Source: Eledone cirrhosa (Eukaryota). Taken from it: a DNA stretch of 64,000 nt. Positions 38,370 to 51,795 of this stretch are shown piece by piece. Position 1 is the stretch's first letter. Every line of letters starts with the position of its first letter. The notes beneath the pieces were generated by a model. It saw only the letters and a program-made list of their open reading frames with translations. It searched no databases and was not told the DNA's origin. The position numbers and the translations under genes were made by a program. The stretch is from NCBI GenBank assembly GCA_964016885.1, contig OZ024745.1, positions 111,352,001-111,416,000 of the forward strand. The letters run 5' to 3'.

Positions 38370-40499
38370 ACACATACAAACAACATGCACACACACATAC
38401 ATACACCCAAAGAAACAGAGAGTTACACATACACATGCACATACAAACAACATACACACACATACACCCAAAGAAACAGAGTTACACATACACATGCACA
38501 TACATACACATACAAACAACATACATACACCCAAAGAAACAGAGTTACACATACACATGCACATACATACACATACAAACAACATACACACACACATACA
38601 CCCAAAGAAACAGAGAGTTACACATGCACATACATACACATACAAACAACATGCACACACACATACATACACCCAAAGAAACAGAGAGTTACACATACAC
38701 ATGCACATACATACAAACAACATGCACACACACATACATACACCCAAAGAAACAGAGAGTTATACATACACATGCACATACATACACATACAAACAACAT
38801 GCACACACACATACATACACCCAAAGAAACAGAGAGTTACACATACACATGCACATACATACACATACAAACAACATGCACACACACATACATACACCCA
38901 AAGAAACAGAGTTACACATACACATGCACATACATACAACATACACACACACATACACCCAAAGAAACAGAGAGTTACACATACACATGCATACACATAC
39001 AAACAACATGCACACACACATACATACACCCAACGAAACAGAGAGTTACACATACACATGCACATGCATACACATACAAACAACATGCACACACACATAC
39101 ATACACCCAAAGAAACAGAGAGTTACACATACACATGCACATACATACACATACAAACAACATGCACACACACATACACCCAAAGAAACAGAGAGTTACA
39201 CATACATGCACATGCATACACATACAAACAACATGCACACACACACACACATACACCCAAAGAAACAGAGAGTTACACATACACATGCACATACAAACAA
39301 CATGCACACACATACATACACCCAAAGAAACAGAGAGTTACACATACACATGCATACACCTACACATACAAACAACATGCACACACACACACATACACCC
39401 AAAGAAACAGAGTTACACATACACATGCACATGCATACACATACAAACAACATGCACACACACACACATACACCCAAAGAAACAGAGAGTTACACATACA
39501 CATGCACATACATACACATACAAACAACATGCACACACACACATACACCCAAAGAAACAGAGAGTTATACATACACATGCACATACATACACATACAAAC
39601 AACATGCACACACACACACATACACCCAAAGAAACAGAGAGTTATACATACACATGCACATGCATACACATACAAACAACATGCACACACACACATACAC
39701 CCAAAGAAACAGAGTTACACATACACATGCACATGCATACACATACAAACAACATGCACACACACACACATACACCCAAAGAAACAGAGAGTTATACATA
39801 CACATGCACATACATACACATACAAACAACATGCACACACACACATACACCCAAAGAAACAGAGAGTTATACATACACATGCACATACATACACATACAA
39901 ACAACATGCACACACACACACATACACCCAAAGAAACAGAGAGTTATACATACACATGCACATACATACAAACAACATGCACACATACACATACATACAA
40001 ACAACATGCACACACACACACACACATACACCCAAAGAAACAGAGAGTTACACATACACATGCATACACCTACACATACAAACAACATGCACACACACAT
40101 ACATACACCCAAAGAAACAGAGAGTTACACATACACATGCACATACATACACATACAAACACAGTATACATACACACACATACAGAGAGTTATGCAAATG
40201 CATACATACATATACACAGCCACATACAAACACAACATGCTCACTCACGCATACACAAACAGACACACACAAACAGACAGAGAGTTACACAAACAGATGC
40301 ACACACACACACACACACACACACAATATGCTCACACACACACATACAAAGAGAACAGAGAGTTACACAAGCAGATGCATACACACACATACACCATATG
40401 CTCACACAGACACACACACACAAAGAGACAGAGCATTACACAAACAGATGCACACGCACACACACACACGCACACACACACGCACGCACACACACGCAC

Positions 40500-40545
<46 letters not shown>

Positions 40546-40560
40546 ACACACACACACAGA
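38370..40560. repeat. ~70-77-bp CA-rich minisatellite (about 25 units) decaying into (CA)n
   Basis: Core CCCAAAGAAACAGAGAGTTACACATACACATGCACAT...ACAAACAACATGCACAC. Confidence 0.97.
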
Positions 40561-40664
40561 CCATCATCAAAGAATAGAATGAGAACAGTTATTGCTGTTA
40601 ATCCATATGTCCCAACCCTTTGGTTGTCTACACAAATAAGAAAGCTGTTTGAATTGATTGGGGG

Positions 40665-40667
<3 letters not shown>

Positions 40668-40709
<42 letters not shown>

Positions 40710-40834
40710 GAGACAGTGAGAGTGAGAAACAGAGAGAGAGAGGCAGTGAGAGTGAGAAACAGAGAGAGAGGCAGACACAGTGAGAATAAGAAACACAGAG
40801 AGAGACAAAGAGAAAAAGAGAAAGCTATAGAGAC

Positions 40835-40869
<35 letters not shown>

Positions 40870-41130
40870 AACAGACAGACAGACAGAGAGAGTGAGAAAC
40901 AGAGAGAGAGAGAGGCAGACAGAGTGAGAATAAGAAACACAGAGAGAGACAAAGATATAGCGAGAGAGAGAGGGGGGGATAGTGAGAAACAGTGAGAGAG
41001 GGGGGATGGGGATGGTGAGAAACAGTGAGAGAGGGGGGATGGGGATAGTGAGAAACAGAGAGGGGGGGTAGTGAGAAACAGAGGGGGGGTAGTGAGAAAC
41101 AGTGAGAGAGAGAGAGAGAGAGAGTTAGAA

Positions 41131-41174
<44 letters not shown>

Positions 41175-41250
41175 GGAGAGAGAGAGAGAGAGAGAGAGTT
41201 AGAAAGAGGGAGAGAGAGAGAGAGAGTTAGAAAGAGAGAGAGAGAGAGGG
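40668..41250. repeat. GA-rich compound repeat with GTGAGAAACAG units
   Basis: Seen directly. Confidence 0.95.
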
Positions 41251-41549
41251 TGTGGGGGGGGGGGCAGGAGAATGAGAGAAAACCAGAGTGAGTGAGATGG
41301 AGGTTGGGAAGTAAATGAAGTCTAAGTGAAAATGTCTCTACCTCTCCAGAGCTATCAAACCATCAAGATAGAGTTTGGGTGGCCCACCAAGAGATTAGAA
41401 CTAAAGATTTGACGGATGTTGTCTTTCAAATTTACCCTTCTGTATGCATGTGTTTATGTGCATGTCAATAGTGAAGGGGTGTGCATATGCGATATGCATG
41501 CATGACGTTTTCTTTGAATTTAGTGTGTGAATGTGTTGACATATATATA

Positions 41550-41554
<5 letters not shown>

Positions 41555-41595
<41 letters not shown>

Positions 41596-41870
41596 CATAT
41601 ATATATTTATATATATATATACATATATATATATATAAAATCATATATATATATATATATATATAAAATCATATATATATTTATATATACATATATATAT
41701 ATATAAAATCATATATATATTTATATATACATATATATATATATAAATGAAGTAATTCCGTCGGAAAGGTCTAGGAAAAAAGAGTGCTCTATGTAGGTAA
41801 CAGAGCTTAATAGTTATAACTAATAAATATATATATATATATAAAATCATATATATATATATATATAAAA

Positions 41871-41944
<74 letters not shown>

Positions 41945-41980
41945 CATATATATGTTTATATATACATATATATATATATA
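41555..41980. repeat. (TA)n satellite punctuated by AAAATC
   Basis: The same motif resumes at 42568-42730 after a ~590-bp insert. Confidence 0.95.
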
Positions 41981-42189
41981 TTTCGTTTCTGAATTTGTTT
42001 AGCAAGATTCTTTATCTGAAAACGTGTGTTGAAACCGATATTGTTATACTTTGGGAGGGTCATGTTGCCAATAAGAAACACATGCACCAGTTGCTTTCAC
42101 TTCAATTTATTATAAATTAAATTTATAAATTTAAGAATTTATAAATTTCCGTTTGGTTGGTTCCACAACCAGACGATTGTTCATATATT

Positions 42190-42232
42190 GTCAAAGTTCT
42201 TTCGTCACACATTCTATGACCTCTTCAGTGAC
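42190..42232 (-). ncRNA. degenerate type I minimal hammerhead (Penelope-like remnant)
   Basis: Minus: GUCA CUGAAGA G GUCAUA-GAAUG-UGUGAC GAAA GAAC U U UGAC. 4-bp stem I, 6-bp stem II with one unpaired G, CUU triplet. Confidence 0.6.
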
Positions 42233-42583
42233 TGGGGATTCTTTTCTTTGTTTTTTTGTTTCTCTCCTTTGTTCTGTCCTACGCCATCTTGTTTTTGTGT
42301 GTGTTGTGTGCTTAGTTTGTGCATGTGTTACATCCGGGTGTCTGTGTGTGTTTATATTTGTTTATTTATTTGTTTATTTACATGTTACTGGTTGGTTGTT
42401 TGTTCTATGTGTGTGTGTGTTTTCATTTTGTCCTTAATTGTAAGTTGTGATGTTGCTGTTCCATTCATGTTTTCTATTTAATTTTGGTTGGAGTTCATTT
42501 ATGTTTATTGCCTCTGTGATTTGTCTAAACATTGCGTCTTCTCTGTGTGTAGATTCTATTTTATTTCTATAAAATCATATATA

Positions 42584-42619
<36 letters not shown>

Positions 42620-42650
42620 CATATATATATTTATATATACATATATATAT

Positions 42651-42695
<45 letters not shown>

Positions 42696-42865
42696 TACAC
42701 ATACACACATATATATATATATATATATTTAAAGGGGGGAAGATTATGTGTGTATATGCACGAGTTTGTGTATATATTTTTATGTAAGTGTGTTAACGTG
42801 TGCATGAGTATGCATGCTTCTCTTTAAGTTTATCTAATACATCTGTGGTGGGTATGTGTGGGTGT

Positions 42866-42867
<2 letters not shown>

Positions 42868-42909
<42 letters not shown>

Positions 42910-43320
42910 GTGTGTGTGTGTATACACACATACTTGTCTGTATGTTTTTGTGGGTGTGTGTGTGAGCATACATGTGTTTGAATCTGCATGTTGGTTTGCA
43001 TGTTCATTTAATTGACTGAATTTGTCTCCATCTGTGTGTGAATGTGTGTGAGAGAGAGAAAGAGAGAGAAGGGGGCACACAGAGAGAGAGAGAAAGAGAC
43101 GGGGAGAGAGAGGAGAGAGGAAGAAAGAGAGGAGACTGAGAGAGAGGGGAGACAGGGAGAGAGAAAGAGACAGAGAGGAGAGAGGAAGAAAGAGAGGAGA
43201 CAGAGAGAGAGGAGACTGAGAGAGAGAAGGAGACAGAGAGGGGGAAGAGACAGAGAGAGAGGAGAGAGAGGGGGAGAGAGAAGGATAGAGAGGGGTGGAG
43301 AGAGAGAGAGAGAGAGAGAT
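42868..43320. repeat. (TG)n and (GA)n-rich tracts
   Basis: Seen directly. Confidence 0.95.
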
Positions 43321-44196
43321 TACATATGTATGAGAATTTCTGTGTGATAAACACATATTATTTATTATCCGAAGGTCTGAGTGTTATTTTATCCAGCTTT
43401 GTGTGATGCTGGTTTGTTTGAAGACAACACCAACAGTGTCACATTAAAGTGTCATATTAATGGCGACTGCCTGGCTGTTACATTTACATATTTATTTAAT
43501 TATCTACTTACATATTTATATATTTATTTATTTATTTTGATGAGTTTATTTCTAACATCAGATCATCATCAGATCCCATTTCCTAATCTAACTAATTGAT
43601 CCAATAATAACAGAAACATCAGTAATGCAAACCATTAAGATTTCTCATGCAGTTGATATTACACATTATAAACACCAATTTAAGACAGAAAAAAAGCAAG
43701 AGTCGCAGGTATATGACTTGAACCTAGATTCTATTACTTGCTGAGCGATGAACACAGCTAGTTAACTCACGATTCCAAAAGGTGTTCCACATACTATCAT
43801 AATGTCATCAGTTCAAATGCTGGACTGGGTTGTGTGTTGTGTTCTTCAGCAAAACACTTCATTTCATGTTGCTCAAGAAAAAGTTTAACCAGCCATAGCT
43901 GGGGGAGTTTAACCCAGCAATGGGCTGGCATCTATCCAGGGGGGGGGGGGAGTCTAGTATTCTTAGTCGCTTAATACCAAGGAAACCAGGATAAACACTG
44001 GCCTGATGAGCCACTGGGCTCAAGACAGACTTTAGACTTAGAATGTTCATGTACATCAGAGGTTCTCAAAGTGGGTACTACCGCCACCCCCACCGCCACC
44101 TCCACAGGTGTTGAGAAGGCCCAGCAGGGCATTAAGAAGAGCAGAGAGGCTGTAAGTATCATTCTGCCCATGCAAGTGAATACTATTATAGTATTG

Positions 44197-44385
44197 GGCG
44201 GTGGATTGACAGTATCGGTAGAGGGTTGAATGCTATGCTTTGACGCATAGAGTTACGGCCCTTGTCATTCTGAGTTCGAATCCCGCTGAGATTAACTTTG
44301 CCTTTCACCCTTATGGGGTTGATAAAATAAAGTACCAGTAATGCACTGGTTAATTGCTGGCCTTGTGCCAAAAAGTAGAAACAAT
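44197..44385 (+). mobile_element. CORE-SINE family A with TSD
   Basis: Full unit; TATTATAGTATTG repeated at 44184-44196 and 44386-44398. Confidence 0.92.
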
Positions 44386-44496
44386 TATTATAGTATTGTA
44401 TACATATGATATGAATATGATAGTATATTAGATATCAAATGATACATATTATATAAAAATATATATTTATTTATACATAGTATATGTATTATATTA

Positions 44497-45416
44497 TCTA
44501 TATATATAAAACTGAAGATGTCTGTCTGTGTGTGTGTGAGTTTGAATCCCTAAAACTCGAGAACCACACAACCGACTGTTTTCAAACTTTACACATATAA
44601 TACTTATGTTTCAGGGAGTGTTCTGAGCAAATAAAATTTCAAATTTTCAATGCCCTAGGGACCGCATTAGGCGATTTAGCGATCTCTCTCTATAATTCTT
44701 ACTCTTTCTCTTTTTAGATAGATACATACATATAACGTTACGCCCTTATAATATCTGTCTGTATGTCTGACTGTCTCCATTACGTCACTTCCCTGAGGAT
44801 GTCTGTGTGTGTGTGTCTGTGAGTTTCAACCCTTAAAACTCGAGAAGTACCTAACCAACTTTTTTCAAACTTTACATGTGTATTACTTATGTTTCAGGGA
44901 GTGTTATGCACATAAAAAATTCAACTTTTTGATCCCTAAGGCCTACATTAGTTGAAAAACTGCGTTTTATCAGCTTTTTATGGCTTTTTGAGTTGTTATG
45001 TGATACTGATTTCCTTGAAATTGTAACTATGTATTAGTCAGTCTCTTCTTCATACCGTGAGCAAAGAAATTCCAACTTTTTTATGGCCTAGGGCCCGCAT
45101 TAGGTGAAAAATTTCATTTTTTCAGCTTTTTAGGGCTTTTTTGAGGCGTTACGTCGAGCCGATTTACCCGAAATTTCAAGGCATATTATGCACATAAAAA
45201 AAATTCATTTTCTTGATCCCCTAGGGCCCACATTAGGTGAAACCCTGCATTTTTCCTGCTTCATCGAGGAAAATCTTAAAGATTATCCAGCCATCAGAGT
45301 ATTCAGTTTATTTTCTTTACATATTGTCCAGGCATGCAGTTTTTCCACAATTAGGTCTGTTGGCGGCCCGCGTTCCAAAATACCTTATCCCGTGCAACGC
45401 CGGGTACCACTGCTAG
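44497..45416 (+). mobile_element. non-autonomous Helitron (920 bp)
   Basis: A|TCTATATATATAAAACTG 5' end, (CTGT/GT)n near the 5' end, subterminal hairpin CCCGTGCAACGCCGGG (45389-45404), CTAG|T 3' end, no TSD. Internal duplication ~44517-44670 vs ~44798-44950. Confidence 0.9.
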
Positions 45417-45710
45417 TTTATTATATATAAATTAACGATTTTATTTATTATATATTATTTGCAATTTGTGTATGGGGCAGGTCTCTCTGGAAATAAGAAT
45501 AGGGGCGCTGAGGGTATTACGTGGCAGTGCCCCCCCCCCCCTACAAAAACCTTTGAGAACCTCTGATATACATGATGATATACATTAGCAGGATTGCCAG
45601 GTATTCTACAGTGTAGTTGATAACTCAGCTGCCCAGCAAAATCTGTCCAGTAATTCATTCTTTAGGCATTCTAGCCATGTGTCCAGAGTGCTAGAGCTGT
45701 AATCTCTTAA

Positions 45711-45931
45711 CCCTTTAGCATTTAAACCAGCCATATCTGGTCATAATTCCCTCACCTCTTTCTCTTCCAACTGGCTTTAACTGGCCACTCATACTTTCGT
45801 TAAGGTATTGTTCTGAAAATAAATAATATCGAAATCGCATAGCTTCTGTATTATGTGAGATATTTATGTGAGGTAAAGTCTTTACCACAAAAATATAATA
45901 GTATAAATAGAGTAATGCAAATACGAAAGGG
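45711..45931 (+). mobile_element. piggyBac-like TTAA MITE family 1
   Basis: TTAA|CCCTTTAGCATTTA ... AAAGGG|TTAA. Confidence 0.9.
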
Positions 45932-46964
45932 TTAATGCAGAAAAGTAGCTACTTTATCAGAGTGACTCTTTGATCTCAAAGCTACACATCCTATAGAGCA
46001 ACATTACTCCAAAGACCCTTCAGAGGAACTCCATTTTGGCCACTTGTATTCACAATCATATTCTTTCGTTCATTAAGATCATGTATCATTTGTATGTGTG
46101 ACTGGTGAGGGCATTTTATGGGGGTTCCTTGCTCTGTTATCTGCTGGGTGCTAGGGAAACTAAGATCTTGAGAAGTGGGACGGAGGACAGTAACCTGATA
46201 CTACCAGAGAAGTGGTTTTGTTTGAAGGGTGAGGCTGGGGGCAGAAGTTCCATATGGTGTACACAGTGGGGCTAACAATGGATGGCCACAGTTGGTAGAC
46301 ATTTTATCATAGAACTGCTGGATCAGGGTTACCCTGAGGCTAACACAACAACACAATGATAAGTAGCCATGCTAACACAGTGTGCTATTTTGTCGACTGT
46401 CTTCTAGAAGTCTCATATTCTTAACATTGTCAAAACAACTACTTCAAAGAAACATGGATTTTTCTTCTGAATTGGAAAAAAACAAAAAAACCCAAAATAC
46501 CCCAGCCTTCAGCCATTGATGATTCTCCATAAAGCCAATGTATGCAACAATATGAGTAATGCTCTCATATTTGGATCATTTCTTCCAATTATTGGCATTC
46601 TGGACCATATTCAGATCAAAGTAATCTGTCTCATCTCCTTTAATGAAAATAATTTAATAATTTGTCCTTGACCTATTTTCTCTCTCTCTCTCTCTCTCTC
46701 TCCTTCTCCTTCTTCCTTTTTCCACTACCCCCTCCTCTCTCATGTGCAACTACAATAATGGATCATGCTATATGTCCTACTAAAGTTATATGCTGGTCAA
46801 TGAAGGAGCCTCTATACAGTCGCTTGACCTGCTAGAAGTAGCAACCAAATCCACTTCAAATTGCACCCTACAAAAGGATACATTGTAACGGAGGAACCCG
46901 CCCCCATCAACCCCTATGAAATTTTCAATGCAGTAGACTAAAAGTGTGCATTAGAAAATGCAAT

Positions 46965-47487
46965 GGATTGGCAGTATCGGTAGAGCGTTGGAGACCATGT
47001 TTTGCAGTATAGAGTTATGGCCTTTTACCATCTGTGTTCAAATCCCACCAAGGTTAGCTTTGCCTTTCATCCTTACAGGGTCAATAAAATAAAGCACCAG
47101 TAATGCACTGGAGTCGATATAATCAACTTTCCCCTCCCCACAAATTGCTGGCCTTGTGCCTAAAGTACAAATCATTATTTACACTATGACGGAAACAAAA
47201 GATGAGATGGCCATGGTTGGAACATCTTTGATTGTTGATCTGTTCAGTTAGGATTAACCCAGTACTAAACAACCAGGAGCTGTTACTTCTACATAAAATG
47301 ATAATTGTTTCTACTTTAGGCACAAGGCCAGCAATTACCCAGTGCATTACTGGTACTTTATTTTATCGACCCCGTAAGGATGAAAGGCAAAGTCAACCTC
47401 GGCGGGATTTCAACTCAGATCGTAAAGGGACGTAACTATGCTGGAAAGCATGGCGTCCGACCCTCTACCGATACTGCCAATCCACCA
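46965..47487. mobile_element. convergent pair of CORE-SINE family A copies (46965-47175 +, 47303-47487 -)
   Basis: Both carry A/B boxes, CORE and tail, ~130 bp apart; a third decayed minus copy at ~47510-47650. Confidence 0.9.
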
Positions 47488-48033
47488 ATGATAAAATGAT
47501 AATGATGATTTCTAAGTTTGACACAAGGTCAGCAATTTGAGGGGAAGGGTGAGGAAAAGTCCATTATATCAACCCCAGTACTTGACTGCTACTTTATTTT
47601 AACAGCCTCAGAAAAATTGAAGGCAAAGCTGAGCCCCACATGATTTGTGGTAAAACACTGGGAGGTTATATCCATAGTAAGTAAAGCACTCAGTCCATAG
47701 GATGAGTTTGGTAGAAAGTTAGTTCCACGATAAATTAGCAAACCATACTCGAGGACATGCCTTTCAGCCAACGGACTCTCAACTCGAGTGAGGTTGTGCT
47801 AATTTGTTGTGGAACTAACTTTAAATATATGTATGTATTTCTATGTTTTATGTTAGTATATCTACCATAAAACTCTATCTACAGGCTCAGGTGTAATCGA
47901 ACACCAAACTATTTCTTCACAAGTTTTCCGTGAACTACTGCTATTATCTAATACCTCCTAATAACCACAGTACTTTTCCATTTGGTATGTACCAAGAATT
48001 ACTCGCCTATACAATTTAATATGTATCTTCTAT

Positions 48034-48109
<76 letters not shown>

Positions 48110-48744
48110 GTCTGTGTGTGCATATGTGCATGTTCACATATGCACATACATATATATGTATATATATAATGTATATGTATGAATAATTCTGTCTAAATAA
48201 CTGCATATATTACATTAAGATTGGATCAAATGGCAAAGAGAAACATGTAGACATTACAGGGAGGCACCCCAAGAGTGTAGAGAATTAGTAATTGTATTGT
48301 TATATTTCACTTGGCATTTGATTATAGAATTTCACATCTGTTTATCAGAATCAATTTATTTCTTATGAGTACGTTACTAACTAAATTACTCTTCAGACCT
48401 TTCTAATATTCTTTTTGTTTATATCACATAGCTTCTGTTCTTTCTTTCTGTCTGCTTTACACCTCACCAACCTATAGGTTGTTAGACTACTCTTTGCAAA
48501 GATGGATATAATTTACTTTTGGACAGAAATCAGGATTTTATCTTCCATCTGTCCCTGCATTAGTGACTAAAATCCAGCAAGCCTAAAAGATATTTTAAGT
48601 TTTCTGTCTGATTGCAACCATATGGAGCTTCCAGGATTTGTTTTCTTTATTTCATAGATACACAAAGTTTGTGTACCAATAAGCATTAAAGATGGCTGAC
48701 ACAATAAAGTGTCATCCGTTTATATTATTATAAGATGTTATAGG

Positions 48745-49370
48745 TAATGGGTTGGCAGTATCAGTAGAGCAGACGTTTTGTGACATAGAGTTACATCCCT
48801 TTACATTCTGAGTTCAAATCCTACCGAGGTTAGTTTTGCCTTTCATTCTAATGGGGGATCAATAAAATTATATACCAGTGATGCACTTGGGTTGATTTAA
48901 TTGACTTTCCCCTCCCTAAAAATTGTTGGTCTTGTGCCTCTGGATTGGCAGTATTGGTAGAGCCCTGGACACCCTGCTTTGTAGCATAGAGTTATGGCCC
49001 TTTACGTGTCATGGTTAGCTTTGTCTTTCTTCCTGATGGGGGGTCAATAAAATAAAAGTACCACCAATGCACTGGGGTAGATTTAATTGACTTTCCACTC
49101 CCTAAAAGTTGTTGGTCTTGTGCCTAAATCAGAAACTATTATTTCAAGGTGGTGGATGGATTGTATTGGTAGAGCATTGGACAACATTCTTTGCGGTATA
49201 TAGTTACAGCCCTTTACATTCTGAGTTCAAATCCTGTTGAGGTTAGCTTTGCCTTTCATCCTTACGGTGTCCATAAAATAAAGCACCATCAATATACTGG
49301 GGGAAATTTAATTGCCTTCCCCTCCCTGCAAAATTGTTGGTCTTGTGCCTCAATCAGCAACCATTATTAT
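48745..49370 (+). mobile_element. three head-to-tail older CORE-SINE family A copies
   Basis: Units at ~48745, 48941 and 49146; an inverted copy follows at ~49655-49865. Confidence 0.88.
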
Positions 49371-50611
49371 AGGATCTAATAACAAAACTATAGGATAAAT
49401 GGATTGGCAGAACAGTCTGTTTCAACATGGTTGTCTTCAGATGCAACCTTCAAAGTCTACTAAAACTACACAGTTACAGATCTTTCCTTAGTTTACTCTT
49501 CATACCATATATGCCAAACAAGCCTATTTAATGATCCTCATCAGAATCTTTTCATGTCTCAAATATTCAAGTATTGATTGTACATTCAATAATTCATACT
49601 TAGCTGATTACTTTAGTGTTACATTGGTCTAATAATAATATAGAATATAGAGCTATAATTGTTTCTAAAATAGGTACGGCCAATCATTTGGGAGCAAGGG
49701 AAAGTTGATTAAATCAACCCCAGTACTTTATTTTATTGACCCTACAAAGATGAAAGGCAAAACTGACTCCAGCAGAATTTGAACTCAGAGCATAAAGAAG
49801 GGCTATAACTAAATGCTACAAAGCATTTTTTCCTTCCAGCACTCTAATGATTCTACCAATCCAGTATCCTAATATATTAAGAGCTATAATAAGAGAAAAT
49901 ATAATGATATGTGCATGGACCCATATTCAAGTACTTACTATTGACATATACGAGATGGTATTGGCGTGCTTATAATTCACAAGTATGAGATGTCATTTCT
50001 GCTATATACACAAAGAGCCTAGACTGCTTCCAAAAGAAGACTATTCATCCAATAGGTAATGATTCCCTCACTAACATACTACGACCATAAACTGATGAGC
50101 CAACATAGGAGTCTCTAGATCAGGAGTAGAAAACTTCTTGCCTGTGAGGCAATTCTCTCCCACATTTAAGTTTTAATCTATCCACTGATAAAACCCACTA
50201 AAAATCCCATTTTAAAAGGTTTGTACCTCAATACCGAAACAGTCATTTACTAAAAGTTGCAAACCTTGGGATTTGTAACAATGACTTTTACTATCCTGTA
50301 ATAACTTCGCAGGTAATACCTAAAAACTGGTTAGTTGATTTAAATGTTTATAGTTTTGTTACTAGTGGAGAGATCATTATGAAAAGTTACAGTAACAACA
50401 ATTAACAATTAAACAATGATTCGGTTACTAAACTAACCAATAAATGGATTACTTACTTAACTAATAATAAACAGAAGTGAAACTCAACTGGAGTGTGTTT
50501 TTATTGGCAGCATGACCCTCCCAAGGTATAACTATATCTGTTTCAACACACACTTTAATATCAAGAATCTTGCAAAACAAATACAAAAATAAAATATATA
50601 TATATATATAT

Positions 50612-50769
50612 ATATTTCTTTATTTACCATAAAGGCATAAAAAGAAGGGACAAATACAAAGGGGGAGTTTACATACAATCGAGTAAAAAGGGTAAAAGGG
50701 TATAAAATGAAAATAATCGAAAACAACCTCAAAAGGGAGGGGACGTGATGGGGGTTGCACACACCCATA

Positions 50770-50770
<1 letters not shown>
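50612..50770 (-). mobile_element. probable LINE 3' UTR fragment
   Basis: On minus it ends ...TTTGTCCCTTC...GGTAAATAAAGAAA(TA)n, a polyadenylation-like end running into a TA tract. Confidence 0.4.
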
Positions 50771-50802
<32 letters not shown>

Positions 50803-50952
50803 CGCGGGTGTGTATGATTGTGTATAGAAGATTATATTAATAAGAGGAATTTCAACTTTGTCTGATTTACTCGTTTTATTTACAATCCTTTAAAATTTAT
50901 AATGGTATTATAATGAAATAGTATGATAGAATATTAAATTCTAAGTGTTAAT

Positions 50953-50991
50953 TGAACAAGTACTTTCATGCTTTCGCAATCTTCAGGTTCA
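50953..50991 (-). ncRNA. minizyme-like type I hammerhead motif
   Basis: Minus: UGAAC CUGAAGA UUGC GAAA GCAU-GAAA-GUAC U U GUUCA. Perfect 5-bp stem I, 4-nt linker instead of stem II, GNRA-capped stem III with one mismatch. Confidence 0.5.
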
Positions 50992-51020
50992 TAATATGTG
51001 GTGACAGTCAAGTTTGCAAT

Positions 51021-51068
<48 letters not shown>

Positions 51069-51243
51069 TCCATTTATGTTAGATGGTATTGGAGTAGATG
51101 TTAATCACACCATTATGACATTGCTGGATGGTTTTGAAATATGTATTGTGTATTCATGAAACATTAAAGGAATATTTGGAATCGAGCCTCCCTTTTTCAT
51201 TGAAGTGTGTATTTATATATATCTATATATACACACACACAGA

Positions 51244-51324
51244 CAGGGTGTCCTCCAAAAAATGTATACACACTTTGATTAGAATGCTGTTGAAGTGTGT
51301 ACACATTGATTTGGGGGGACCCTG
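51244..51324. mobile_element. 81-bp Tc1/mariner MITE
   Basis: Deletion relative of 28214-28316 with the same TIRs. Confidence 0.8.
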
Positions 51325-51489
51325 TATTTACTGAAAATCCTTTGGGTGAAATGTGTGCAAGTATGGTGTGGTTTGCTAATTTGTTGTGGAACTAACTCTA
51401 TACCAAACATCCACTGGACTGAGTGCTCTACTTACTATGTATATAACTTCCTGTTTTTTTACCACTGTATGTGTATATATATATATATA

Positions 51490-51795
51490 TCATCATCATC
51501 ATCATTTTACGTCCACTTTTCCCTGCTTGCAAGGGTGGGATGGGAACTGATTCTGGCTTAATTTCTACAGCTGGATTCCCTTCCTAACACCAACCTCATT
51601 TACAGTGAGTGCTGGGTGCTTTTTTTTCTGTGGCGCCTACACGACCACTTTACAGTGTGGGCTGGGTGCTTTTTTTGCCGTGGCACCTCCACGACCACCA
51701 GTCCCTATCATCTCATTTCTACAGCTGAGTAAACTGGAGCAATGTGAAATAAAGTGTCTTGCTCAAGGAAACAACACATCACCCGGTCTGAGAAT
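51490..51795 (-). mobile_element. composite SINE (same family as 23104-23397)
   Basis: High reverse-complement similarity; internal ~40-bp module duplicated. Confidence 0.8.

Larger units (their letters stand above)
44057..45565. mobile_element. hAT (Charlie-like) non-autonomous element containing nested SINE and Helitron
   Basis: 15-bp TIRs CAGAGGTTCTCAAAG / CTTTGAGAACCTCTG; 8-bp flanks ATGTACAT (44049-44056) and ATATACAT (45566-45573), 7/8 identical. Confidence 0.85.

Noticed and set aside
38364-40719. Three overlapping ~740-aa His/Thr-rich ORFs
   Set aside because: All three + frames are open because the CA-rich minisatellite lacks stop codons; unit lengths do not preserve frame.
42013-42048. 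Hammerhead-like CTGAAAA...GAAAC in the dispersed repeat (also ~22136)
   Set aside because: Core G missing, stem II does not close, and the motif is not kept in the ~50530 copy.
44000-44030. CTGATGAG as ribozyme core or snoRNA box
   Set aside because: Part of the SINE B-variant tail; no GAAA partner or terminal stem.
49407-49444. Other CUGANGA...GAAA matches (49407-49444 minus, 56081-56115, 61141-61170, ~34395-34418)
   Set aside because: Stems I or II are mismatched or at most 3 bp; cannot be told from chance or heavily decayed relics.
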